From: Planctomycetota bacterium | GTDB taxonomy: Bacteria; Planctomycetota; UBA1135; JAKEFM01 | Assembly: GCA_022616055.1 (NCBI GenBank) | Contig: JAKEFM010000284.1 | Location: forward strand, 18,636 to 82,635 | Length of the DNA stretch: 64,000 nucleotides | Direction: 5' to 3' | Shown: in pieces, positions 49,144 to 57,791 of the stretch | Position numbering within the stretch: position 1 is the stretch's first letter | How the letters are laid out: the number at the start of each line of letters is the position of its first letter | Notes under the pieces: model-generated | Databases searched by the model: none | Seen by the model: only the letters and a program-made list of their open reading frames with translations | What the model was told of the DNA's origin: nothing | Position numbers and translations under genes: made by a program

Positions 49144-51765
49144 TCAGAGATTGGTCACGGTCGTGACCTCGAGATTCGTGAACCGGAGCGGCGGCCCGAC
49201 CACGGCCTGCCAGAAGAGCGACTGGCCGACGAGGGCGGGGTTCGCGGGGACCGGGAACGTGACGCTCGCGCGCCCCTGCAGGTCGAGGACGCCTCCCGCG
49301 ACGAAGAACAGAGTCGGGGGGAAGAGTCGGAGCGTGCCGAACGGAGGCAGGGGAATGCTCGCGTTCCCCGCCGACGCGGCGAGGAGCCACGTTCCGTTCG
49401 CGGGTCCGTCCACGTCCAGGCTCAGAGGCTTCCCCATCCGCGGGATCCCGCGCCAGGAGGATTGCCGGGCCAGGTTCGTGTAGAGGCGTTCCGGACCCCA
49501 TGCCCCGACGAAGGCGTCGAAGTCTCCGTCCCCATCGACGTCGCCGAGCGCGACCGCCTGGGGGGTGTCCATCAGGAACGGCAGCGCCGTCATCGGCGCG
49601 GGCAAGAAGGCGCCGGTCCCTCCGTTCAAGTGCAGGAGAAGCTCCCCGGCGGTGCCGTAACCCCCGATCGCCGCCAACGCATCGAGGTCGCCGTCCCCGT
49701 CGACGTCCCCGAGCGCGACCGCCGCCGTCGGATCGACATTGGCTGAGAGGTTGGTCGTCGTGAAGACTCCCGTGCCCGCGTTGAGGAGGAGCCGATCCTG
49801 CCCGTCCTTCCCGACAACCGCGTCGAGGTCGCCGTCCCCGTCGACATCTCCGAGCGCGAGGGCGCTCGTGGATCCGGGAAGGGCGGGCAGGCTACCCGCG
49901 GTGACGTCCGCGAAGGAGCCGGTGCCGCTGTTCAGGAGCAAGCGGTCCGCTCCCGCCACATAGCTCCCCACGAGCGCATCGAGGTCGCCGTCCCCGTCCA
50001 GGTCTCCGAGAGCGACGGCCCGCGTGTCGCCGAGGACGCTGGGCAGGTTCCCCAACGTGGCATCCGTGAACTGTCCTCCGCCGGTGTTCCGAAGGAGGCG
50101 ATTCTGGATGCCCGGGCATCCGGCGCATTGCGACCCTTTCCCCACGAACCCGTCCAAGTCGCCGTCTCCGTCCAGGTCTCCGAGAGCGACCGCCCTCGTC
50201 GGCTCGAGCTCGGACGCGAACGGGAGGTTCGAGGCCGTGACGTCCGTGAAGACCCCGTTCCCCGCGTTGGAATACAGCTCGGTCAGGTCCGAGTAGAGGG
50301 GATTGCCCGTGTTGGCCCTTCCGAGGAGGACGTCCAGGTCCCCGTCGCCGTCCACGTCGCCGAGCGCGATCGAGAGGGTCTGGCCGTTCAGTCCCGGGAG
50401 GTTCGTCGCGGTGACGTCCGCGAACAATCCCCCGTCGCCGCGGAGGTAGAGACGGTCCTGCCCCGAGTTTCCCGCGAAGGCGTCGAGGTCTCCGTCCCCG
50501 TCGAGGTCGCCGAGGGCGACCGTCCACGTCTGGCCCTGGCGGAACCCGACGATCGTCGACGTGACGTCTGTGAAGGTCCCGTTGCCGTTGTTCAGGAGGA
50601 GGCGGTCTTCGCCCCGCGCCGGCGCGGCCGGGAAGAACAGGAACGAGGATTCGACGGCGTTCCCGATGAACGCGTCGAGGTCCCCGTCGCCGTCGACGTC
50701 TCCGAGAGCGACCACCGCCGTACGGTCGAGCAGGACGGGAAGGTTCGTCGTCGTGGCGTCGGTGAAGACCCCCGTCCCGCCGTTCAGGAAGAGCCGGCTC
50801 TGCCCGCTGGGCGGCGTGTTGGGACCGCCGGAATCCGCCACGAGCGCGTCGAGGTCGCCGTCCCCGTCCACGTCCCCGAGGGCAATGGATGTCGTGAGGG
50901 TCGGCGCGGCGGGGAGATTCGTCGCCGTCACGTCGGCGAAGACCCCCGTCCCGGCGTTGAGGTACAGGCGGGTCTGCCCGGGAGGACCCGTCGCAGGGCC
51001 GGACACTCCTAAGAACGCGTCGAGGTCGCCGTCCCCGTCCACATCCCCGAGGGCGACCACCGAGCTGCCGCCAGGAGGCAGGTTGATCCCCGTGACGTTC
51101 GTGAAGACCCCCGTCCCGCCGTTGAGGTAGAGAAGGGTCTGGCTCCCACCCCCGATGAACGCGTCGAGGTCGCCGTCCCCGTCCACGTCCCCGAGGGCGA
51201 CCGCCGAGCCGCCGGCAGGAGGGACGTTGATCGCCGTCGCGTCCGTGAAGACCCCCGTCCCGCCGTTGAGGTAGAGCCGGTTCTGGCCCCCGCTCCCAAC
51301 GAACGCGTCGAGGTCGCCGTCCCCATCGACGTCCCCGAGGGCCACGGCATACGAATAGTCGCCCTGGACGGGGAGGTTGGTCGCGGTCGCGTTCAGGAAG
51401 ACTCCTCCCCCTCCATTCAGGAAGAGCTGGTCCTGGCCCGAGTTCGCGACGAATGCGTCGAGGTCGCCGTCCCCGTCCACGTCCCCGAGGGCGACCGCTC
51501 CCGAACCGCTCTGCCAGACCGAGACGACGAGCGGCGAGAGGTCCGTGAAGACTCCCGCGCCGTCGTTCAGGCAGATGCGGGGCGGATCAGGGGCGGTCGC
51601 TCGGAACTGGTCGAGGTCGCCGTCCCCGTCGAGGTCCCCGAACGCGACGGCCGTCGACAGGTCCCTGTCGGGCGGGAGCATCTGGTGCGTGAGACCGAAC
51701 CGCTGGGCCCAGACGGGGGCTGCCGACCCGAGAAGCGCGGACGCGAAAAAGACGCGACGCCGCAT
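49144..51765 (-). CDS. Secreted 14-repeat VCBS/FG-GAP-like protein with the shared C-terminal module
   Basis: 873 aa. RBS AAGGAGG. Signal peptide MRRRVFFASALLGSAAPVWA. There are 14 copies of (V/A)ALGD(V/L)DGDGDLDAF...LYLNGGTGVFTDVT. The C-terminus is ...VTFPVPANPALVGQSLFWQAVVGPPLRFTNLEVTTVTNL. Confidence 0.9.
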   Translation of the reverse strand: MRRRVFFASALLGSAAPVWAQRFGLTHQMLPPDRDLSTAVAFGDLDGDGDLDQFRATAPDPPRICLNDGAGVFTDLSPLVVSVWQSGSGAVALGDVDGDGDLDAFVANSGQDQLFLNGGGGVFLNATATNLPVQGDYSYAVALGDVDGDGDLDAFVGSGGQNRLYLNGGTGVFTDATAINVPPAGGSAVALGDVDGDGDLDAFIGGGSQTLLYLNGGTGVFTNVTGINLPPGGSSVVALGDVDGDGDLDAFLGVSGPATGPPGQTRLYLNAGTGVFADVTATNLPAAPTLTTSIALGDVDGDGDLDALVADSGGPNTPPSGQSRLFLNGGTGVFTDATTTNLPVLLDRTAVVALGDVDGDGDLDAFIGNAVESSFLFFPAAPARGEDRLLLNNGNGTFTDVTSTIVGFRQGQTWTVALGDLDGDGDLDAFAGNSGQDRLYLRGDGGLFADVTATNLPGLNGQTLSIALGDVDGDGDLDVLLGRANTGNPLYSDLTELYSNAGNGVFTDVTASNLPFASELEPTRAVALGDLDGDGDLDGFVGKGSQCAGCPGIQNRLLRNTGGGQFTDATLGNLPSVLGDTRAVALGDLDGDGDLDALVGSYVAGADRLLLNSGTGSFADVTAGSLPALPGSTSALALGDVDGDGDLDAVVGKDGQDRLLLNAGTGVFTTTNLSANVDPTAAVALGDVDGDGDLDALAAIGGYGTAGELLLHLNGGTGAFLPAPMTALPFLMDTPQAVALGDVDGDGDFDAFVGAWGPERLYTNLARQSSWRGIPRMGKPLSLDVDGPANGTWLLAASAGNASIPLPPFGTLRLFPPTLFFVAGGVLDLQGRASVTFPVPANPALVGQSLFWQAVVGPPLRFTNLEVTTVTNL
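49520..51640 (-). repeat. Tandem coding repeats (about 150-190 nt units) inside the VCBS gene
   Basis: A nucleotide-level near-identical core, GCGTCGAGGTCGCCGTCCCCGTC(C/G)ACGTC(C/T)CCGAG(G/A)GCGAC, recurs about 14 times on the plus strand. It is the antisense of the ALGDVDGDGDLDA codons. Confidence 0.85.
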
Positions 51766-51802
51766 GGTCGACCTCCTTGCAGGGAATCCGCCAGAAGGGT
51801 CC

Positions 51803-51828
51803 GACGCCTCCGCGGGACGGAAGGTTCC
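51803..51828 (-). promoter_or_regulatory. ECF-type promoter GGAACC-N16-CGTC upstream of the VCBS exoprotein gene
   Basis: The minus strand reads cacgaGGGAACCttccgtcccgcggaggCGTCggaccc. The -35 GGAACC is at 51828-51823 and the -10 CGTC at 51806-51803, with an exactly 16-nt spacer. It lies about 37 nt upstream of ATG 51765, and the AAGGAGG RBS falls in between. Confidence 0.5.
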
Positions 51829-51955
51829 CTCGTGGTCCGGCGAGCGGGCGAGGCACGCACCCTCGTCGGGTCCTCCGGGAGAAGCGCGCGCATCCTACTC
51901 CTCGGAGGGCGGGCCAGACAGGCGCCCAGACCGGCGGGACGGAGTACCGGCGTCT

Positions 51956-54900
51956 TCAGCGGCGGATCGAGACCTCGACCCGCTCGCGCGGCTTCACGAC
52001 GACCGGGACGCGGCGCGAGAGATCCTCGCGCTGGTCGGCCGCGGGCGGGCCGTCCTTCCGGAGGTCTCGCTGCACGCAGGCCTCGTAGGAGCCCGGCAGG
52101 ACGTCCGGGAAGAGAACGCGGTCCTCCGGAATCCGGTCGCGGAAGAGGATCGCCTCGCGCCGCGGGAGATCTCCCTCCTTCGGGATCAGGACGACGCGCG
52201 AGGTCTCATCGTCCCCGAGGTCGAACGAAGGGTCGAGGCTCACCTCGACACTCCCATGCACGGGCACGACGATTCTCGCTTCGGGAATCCGAGGAGAGTG
52301 AGCCACGTCGTAGGTCCGCCCGCCGACGCGGGCTTGGATCACGACGTCGTCGGCCGGGAGGCCGGACAGCTCGTAGCGGCCCTCGTCGAGTGGCCTCACC
52401 CCGATCACCAGCCCACCGAGGATCCTCACTTGCGCGGACGTCGGTCTTCCTTCCTCGTCCTCGACGCTGACGACGACCTGGTGGCCGCGAGTCAGCCGGA
52501 ACTCGAGCGGGGTGCCGTCCTCCGGAATCCGGAGGTCCTCGAACGCCCTCGCGACGAATCCGACGCTGGAGATCGTCACGCGGGCTCTGTCCGCGTAGAG
52601 CTTCTCCATCCGGAAGGACCCCGTCGCGTCCGTCTGAACCCCGGCGCCGAACGGGCGGATCTCGACCCTCACCTGAGCACCGGCGAGGGGCCGGCCCTCT
52701 TCGTCGAGCACCCTCCCGCGGAAGTCCCTCGGTCGCGTCCGGATCACCGCTTCCACCACCCGCGTCTCGAACTCGCCGAGGGGAGGGAGCTCCCTCTCCT
52801 CCACGACGAAGCCGCACCAGTCGAGGACCCGGAGCGTCAGCGGAAGCGAAGGTCGGAGGGAACAGAGGCGCGCACGGCCGGCTCCGTCGGGAGAGAAGGT
52901 CCTCGTCCCTCCTCGGGCGTCGACGCTTTGACTCTGGGACCGGCTCGCGCCCGCCGCCACGTGCGCCTTGGCGGGATTCCAACCCCCCCCGCCCGCGAAG
53001 AAGGGCTCCCGGGAGAACAGGGCGACGTCGAGCTCCGGCGGGACGCCTCCCTCAGGGGTGCGGAGGAGGACCTCGAGCATGTTCGAAGACGGGAGGGTGA
53101 CCACGAGGGGCGCGTTCATTGCCGCCGGAACGGGGACCTCCACGGCCGCGTAGCCGAGGGCCCCGACGACGATCCGCGACACGTCGAAGCTCGCGCCGCG
53201 AAGGAGGCCCCGGCCTTCCGCGTCGGTCGGCACGCTCTTTCTTTCCTCGTCGTCGTCCGGGAGAGCCACGGCGTTCTCGACGGGCCGACCCGACGGGTCG
53301 CGCACGACGAAGTGGAGGTCGCGGGTCGTCGCGAGCTCCACGTCGCCGAGGTCCCATCCCGGAGGAAGCTCCGCCCGCTCGAAGGGGATCGATCGGTGGC
53401 CGCGGCCATCCTTCCCGGAGACCGTCACGATCCCCCGACGAAAACCCTGGTAGATGCCGGAGATCGGGACGCGGAAGCGCCCCTTCTCGTCGGCGGTGCC
53501 GCCGACCAGGGCTTCCATCCTGAGGGTGTCCTTCTCGCCGACGATCGTCAGGGATGCCTGCACGACGGGGTTCGGCACGGGTTCCCTTCCCCCCGGCTCG
53601 ACGACGCGGCCGACGAGCGCTGGAACTCGCACGAGTTCGATCCTCAGGCCCTCGACGGGCGCGCGGAAACCGAGGGTTTGTCCTCCACCCGACGCGGTCT
53701 CGTAGCCGAACGGCAGATCGAGGCTTCCGCTCCAGTCCTCCGGCAGACCGGCGAAGCGGAAGGCCCCGCTCTCGTCCGTCCCCTGCGTGAGCCCCGCCGG
53801 CCCGCCCGGATCGTGACCGAGGCTGGCCCAGGCCGAATCGGGGATCCCTTCCACACGCAGGAGCGCGCGTTCCGAAGAGAGCGAGAGCCCGAGCGCCTCC
53901 TCCGGCGCGCGGCCGTCGACGAGGATCCACCCGGAGACCGCGGCACCCTCGTCCAGGACGACCTCCCGGCGACCCGGCGAGAGCACGATTCCCTCCAGAT
54001 GAGGCGCCGTCGCCGGCGCGATCGCGAGGAGCGTCGCGGCCTCTCCGTTGCCGGGGACGGCGATCTCGCCTCGCTCGTTCGCCGCCCCGGCGAAGAGGAT
54101 CTTCTCGCCGGCGAAGACCGCCGCCTTCGCCCCCGGGACAGCGCGCCGGTGGGAGTCCACGAGGGTGAGGACGGCGTGGGCCCTGGGCGCGAATTCGGTC
54201 CTCCGGGTCGCGCCGTCCGCGGGATCCGCGACGGGGGACTGCGAGACCGTTTTTCCGGTGGATCCAGGGACGGTGGAGTCGAGGCCCGGCGCGGTCGAGA
54301 CGAGACCGGTCCCCGGCGAAGACCCGAGCCAGAGGTACCCGGATCCCCCCGCGGCGAGGAGGACCCCGACGAGGGCAACTTTCTTGGTCATCGCAGTGAC
54401 TCCGATAGAAACGGCCGCCGTACCCATGGAACCCGACAGCCCGGCGACCGTCGCCGGGAACGCGCCCTCAGCATGTCGGAGGACCTGCGCGCGGATCGCG
54501 GCGAGCCCGCGCGAGGGCGCGAGACAGAGGACGGAGCCGACCGCGAAGCTCGGGGGGAGCGCTTTCCGGAGGAGCTTCAGCCCACGGTGGATCCGCACGT
54601 GGGCCGCGTTGAGCGAGATCCCGAGCGCCGAGGCGATCTCGCTCGGGCTCCTCCCCTCGACGAGGTACTCCCGGATCGCGCCGGAGTAGGTGGCGGGGAG
54701 CTCCTCCACGGTCTTCCCGAGCCTTTCCCGGAGCTCGCGCTCGGAGGCCTCCGCCAGCGGGTCGGGCGCCGCCCGCTCGGGCACCCGGGCGGGATCGGGC
54801 ACCCTCTCGGCGCGACGCCGCGCCTCCATCGCGCGGTGCGCGAGGATGCCGATCATCCAGGGGAGGAACCGGCGCTCGGGGTCGTACTGCGCGCGCTTCT

Positions 54901-55081
54901 CGATCGCCGCGAGGAAGGTCGCCTGGAGCGCGTCCTCCGCCTCGGCCTCGTCGCCGCAGAGGTGTCGCGCGATCCCGAGGAGCTCGGGCGCCGCGAGGTC
55001 GAACACCTTCCCGAGCGCCGAGACGTCCCCGCGCTCCTGGAATCGCCTGTAGAGCCGATCGAGCTTCCGGTCCTTCGTCAC
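51956..55081 (-). CDS. ECF sigma factor fused to a TM helix and a ~750 aa CarboxypepD_reg-like repeat array (copy 2)
   Basis: 1041 aa from GTG 55081; the track start at 55471 adds an R/P/G-rich leader. Sigma region 2 reads EAEDALQATFLAAIEKRAQYDPERRFLPWMIGILAHRAMEARRR. Region 4 reads LPATYSGAIREYLVEGRSPSEIASALGISLNAAHVRIHRGLKLLRKAL. The TM helix is KKVALVGVLLAAGGSGYLWLG. The repeats include GRVVEPGGREPVPNPVV, FVVRDPSGRPVENAVAL, GRVLDEEGRPLAGAQVRV and VSVEDEEGRPTSAQVRI. Confidence 0.8.
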   Translation of the reverse strand: MTKDRKLDRLYRRFQERGDVSALGKVFDLAAPELLGIARHLCGDEAEAEDALQATFLAAIEKRAQYDPERRFLPWMIGILAHRAMEARRRAERVPDPARVPERAAPDPLAEASERELRERLGKTVEELPATYSGAIREYLVEGRSPSEIASALGISLNAAHVRIHRGLKLLRKALPPSFAVGSVLCLAPSRGLAAIRAQVLRHAEGAFPATVAGLSGSMGTAAVSIGVTAMTKKVALVGVLLAAGGSGYLWLGSSPGTGLVSTAPGLDSTVPGSTGKTVSQSPVADPADGATRRTEFAPRAHAVLTLVDSHRRAVPGAKAAVFAGEKILFAGAANERGEIAVPGNGEAATLLAIAPATAPHLEGIVLSPGRREVVLDEGAAVSGWILVDGRAPEEALGLSLSSERALLRVEGIPDSAWASLGHDPGGPAGLTQGTDESGAFRFAGLPEDWSGSLDLPFGYETASGGGQTLGFRAPVEGLRIELVRVPALVGRVVEPGGREPVPNPVVQASLTIVGEKDTLRMEALVGGTADEKGRFRVPISGIYQGFRRGIVTVSGKDGRGHRSIPFERAELPPGWDLGDVELATTRDLHFVVRDPSGRPVENAVALPDDDEERKSVPTDAEGRGLLRGASFDVSRIVVGALGYAAVEVPVPAAMNAPLVVTLPSSNMLEVLLRTPEGGVPPELDVALFSREPFFAGGGGWNPAKAHVAAGASRSQSQSVDARGGTRTFSPDGAGRARLCSLRPSLPLTLRVLDWCGFVVEERELPPLGEFETRVVEAVIRTRPRDFRGRVLDEEGRPLAGAQVRVEIRPFGAGVQTDATGSFRMEKLYADRARVTISSVGFVARAFEDLRIPEDGTPLEFRLTRGHQVVVSVEDEEGRPTSAQVRILGGLVIGVRPLDEGRYELSGLPADDVVIQARVGGRTYDVAHSPRIPEARIVVPVHGSVEVSLDPSFDLGDDETSRVVLIPKEGDLPRREAILFRDRIPEDRVLFPDVLPGSYEACVQRDLRKDGPPAADQREDLSRRVPVVVKPRERVEVSIRR

Positions 55082-55302
55082 GCCTCTACTGGACGGAAGG
55101 GACGGCAACCTTACACGGGATCCTCCCGGGGGAGCCCCTCCGCGAACCGTCTCCCCCTCCCGGGGAGGGCGCCTCGCCCTTCTTCCAGGCGCCGGCCGAC
55201 GGGACCGTACGCGAGCCGCGAGGGGAAGAAGTCCCACTCCGTGTAACCCTCCGGCGTCCTTAGGGGAGGGAGAGCCCGGTCGCCGGGTGGGACCCGGTCG
55301 GA

Positions 55303-55656
55303 GTGAAGTCGAAGGCGAGGGAGAATCTGGAGGCTGCGCGACGGCTTTTCGCGCTCGGGCTGCTGAACGCGGCCGCGAGCCGCCTCTACTACGCGGTTTT
55401 CCAGGCCGCCGTGCACGCGCTCCTCCGCCGCAGCGGATCGCCGGCCGATGCGCGACGAGGGGCACGGGCATGGAGCCATGGGAGAGTCGAAGGCCTGGTC
55501 GGAGGGATCCGGGGGCAACCCGAGGATCAGGTCCTGTTCCAGGAACTCAGGGCGCTACGGGAGTGTGCGGATTACGATCGCGAGTCCGTGACCAAGCGGG
55601 AGATCGACCGATGTTGGCCCGACGCGGAGCGGTTCGTACGGCGGGTGACGTCGTGA
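55303..55656 (+). CDS. HEPN domain protein
   Basis: 117 aa from GTG 55303: KSKARENLEAARRLFALGLLNAAASRLYYAVFQAAVHALL...ELRALRECADYD...DAERFVRRV. This matches the HEPN pattern (an A-x-x-x-Y-Y-A helix plus R-x-x-A-D-Y). Confidence 0.75.
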   Translation: MKSKARENLEAARRLFALGLLNAAASRLYYAVFQAAVHALLRRSGSPADARRGARAWSHGRVEGLVGGIRGQPEDQVLFQELRALRECADYDRESVTKREIDRCWPDAERFVRRVTS

Positions 55657-56021
55657 GGGACGTGCGATTCAAGGCGTTGAGGCTGGCGATCGAGACCCGG
55701 TGGCCCGGCAGTCGCGTGGTCTGGGAACCTTACGTCTCGCCGGACGACCCCGCTATCCGGGGATGGGTCCACATCCTCCACGTCCCCGACCGCGAGGTCT
55801 TCGAGGCAGGACACCTGGCCGTGCGGCTCGCGTGCGACCTGTTCCCCGGACCGTCCCGGTTCTTCGTCCGCGCCGTGCTGCCCGAGCACGAGGCGTCCAT
55901 GCTTCGCCGCCTGCGGCTGCGACCGGGTAGCGCGAGGGACGGACGCAGGCGCCGCGGATCCTCGGCGCGGGCGCCCTCGTCGGCGCGCCGGCGGTCCGTG
56001 CGGGCCCGAGCCCGGGCCTGA
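55653..56021 (+). CDS. Hypothetical protein, translationally coupled to the HEPN gene
   Basis: GTG 55653 overlaps the HEPN TGA (GTGA). The first ~90 aa are protein-like (VRDVRFKALRLAIETRWPGSRVVWEPYVSPDDPAIRGWVHILHVPDREVFEAGHLAVRLACDLFPG...). The R-rich tail may be read-through of a GC-rich spacer. No NTase GS-x10-D-x-D motif is present. Confidence 0.4.
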   Translation: MRDVRFKALRLAIETRWPGSRVVWEPYVSPDDPAIRGWVHILHVPDREVFEAGHLAVRLACDLFPGPSRFFVRAVLPEHEASMLRRLRLRPGSARDGRRRRGSSARAPSSARRRSVRARARA

Positions 56022-56208
56022 CGGGAGTTCGCCTCCCGCTCCCCGACATCCGACCGGCGCCCGCCTCCGTAACGAGGGGTTGGAGCCGCAGGGTGGATCC
56101 TGCGGTGGCGCCCGACCCTCCGGCGCCGCCATCTCCCACCACTCTTCGGGCTCCCCGTGCATTCCGCGGCCGCCCGCTGCGACCTCGTTCCGAAGGAGCA
56201 CCACTCCC

Positions 56209-57762
56209 GTGAACCAGACCCGACGCCTATTCGCCCGAGGCCTCGCCCTGACGCTCGCGCTCCCGCCGAGCGCGTTCGCGAGCAACCACCGAGAGGCCCC
56301 GATCACCGCCCTCGACCACAAGGCCGACATCACCGACATCTACGCGTTCGTGAGCTACGCCCCCGGCCAGGCGCGGGGGACGCCCCCCTCGAAGGTGACG
56401 CTGGTCATGGGGGTCGACCCGCTCCTTGAGCCGGGGAACGGTCCGACGCTCTTCCCGTTCGACCCGGCGATCCTCTACGAGATCAAGGTCGACAACGACC
56501 ACGACGCGCGGGCCGACGTCACGTTCCAGTTCCGGTTCGCGACGGAGGTCCAGCTCCCGAACGTCTTCACGTCGGTCGCCGGTTTCGGCCCGATCGGCGC
56601 CTTCCAGCCCGGCACGACGAACCTCGTCGTGCCGCCCCGGATCACCTCGTTCGACAACCCGGGCCTGAACCTCCGGCAGACCTACACGGTCCGCGTGGAG
56701 CGGTCGAGCGGTCCGGACCTCGACCTCGAGAACCCGAACGGCTCCCCGTTCTTCGCCGTCCCGGCGAACGCCGGTCCCCGGACGATGGACTACGAGGCCC
56801 TCTACGCGGCCGGGACCTACGCGCTGCCGAACGGGATCTCGGTCTTCGCCGGCACGACGGACGACGCGTTCTGGATCGACCTCGGCGCCACCTTCGACAC
56901 CGCGAACTTCCGGACCCTCGGCAGCGGGGTGCCGGGCGTCCTCACGGCGGCCGAGGACGCCTCGACCGTGAACCTCGCGAGCGACACCGTCTCCGGCTAC
57001 GGCGTGAACACGATCGCCGTCGAGGTCCCGATCGAGATGCTGACGAGCACGGGACAGATCGAGCCCGCGGATTCGCCGGAGGCGACCATCGGGGTGTGGT
57101 GCTCGACCTCGCGCCAGAAGACGACCGTGCGGCGCTCGCCCCTCCCCGCCCAGAACAAGGGGAAGTGGAGGCAGGTCCAGCGGATGGGGAACCCCCTGAT
57201 CAACGAGCTGCTGATCGGGATCGGCTCGAAGGACCGCTTCTCGATGGACCAGCCGGAGAACGACGCGCAGTTCGGCGCCTTCTTCCTCGATCCGCCGATC
57301 GTCGGAGTCGTCGAGGCGCTCTACGGCGGCGCCCTCTCGGTCCCGGCCGCGCCGCGCAACGATCTCCTCCCGCTGGTGCAGTACATGGCGCCGATCGCGG
57401 CGGCGGGGACCCCGGTCGGCCCGATCGCGGACGTCCTGCGGCTCAACACGGGAGTGCCCGCCACGCCGACCGCGTCGGCGAGCCGCCTCGGACTGATCGG
57501 CGGGGACCCCGCGGGATTCCCCAACGGCCGGCGGATCTTCGACGACGTGACGGACGTGACGCTCCGCGTCGCGATCGGCGGCGTCCTCGTGAGCCCGCCC
57601 TTCCCGGGCTTCACGCCGGGGATCAACGACCGGCTCGGCGACGGCGTCAACGTCGACGACCAGCCCTACCACGACCTCTTCCCCTACGTCGGTTCGTGCC
57701 CGAGCGGGCGCAACCGCCGCCACGTCGACCCGGGCGAGCCCGGCGGCGGCCCGATCGACTGA
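56209..57762 (+). CDS. DUF4331 family exported protein
   Basis: 517 aa from GTG 56209, with RBS GAAGGAG 9 nt upstream. Signal peptide RRLFARGLALTLALPPSAFA. The mature N-terminus SNHREAPITALDHKADITDIYAFVS is the hallmark of DUF4331. Confidence 0.8.
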   Translation: MNQTRRLFARGLALTLALPPSAFASNHREAPITALDHKADITDIYAFVSYAPGQARGTPPSKVTLVMGVDPLLEPGNGPTLFPFDPAILYEIKVDNDHDARADVTFQFRFATEVQLPNVFTSVAGFGPIGAFQPGTTNLVVPPRITSFDNPGLNLRQTYTVRVERSSGPDLDLENPNGSPFFAVPANAGPRTMDYEALYAAGTYALPNGISVFAGTTDDAFWIDLGATFDTANFRTLGSGVPGVLTAAEDASTVNLASDTVSGYGVNTIAVEVPIEMLTSTGQIEPADSPEATIGVWCSTSRQKTTVRRSPLPAQNKGKWRQVQRMGNPLINELLIGIGSKDRFSMDQPENDAQFGAFFLDPPIVGVVEALYGGALSVPAAPRNDLLPLVQYMAPIAAAGTPVGPIADVLRLNTGVPATPTASASRLGLIGGDPAGFPNGRRIFDDVTDVTLRVAIGGVLVSPPFPGFTPGINDRLGDGVNVDDQPYHDLFPYVGSCPSGRNRRHVDPGEPGGGPID

Positions 57763-57791
57763 GCGGCGCCGAAGACGAGAGGAACCCCACC

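Noticed and set aside
49520-51640. A regularly spaced ~40-nt repeat that looks superficially like a CRISPR array.
   Set aside because: The repeats are in frame inside an 873-aa ORF and encode the ALGDVDGDGDLDA calcium-binding loop of VCBS/FG-GAP repeats. The 'spacers' are homologous to one another, and there are no cas genes.
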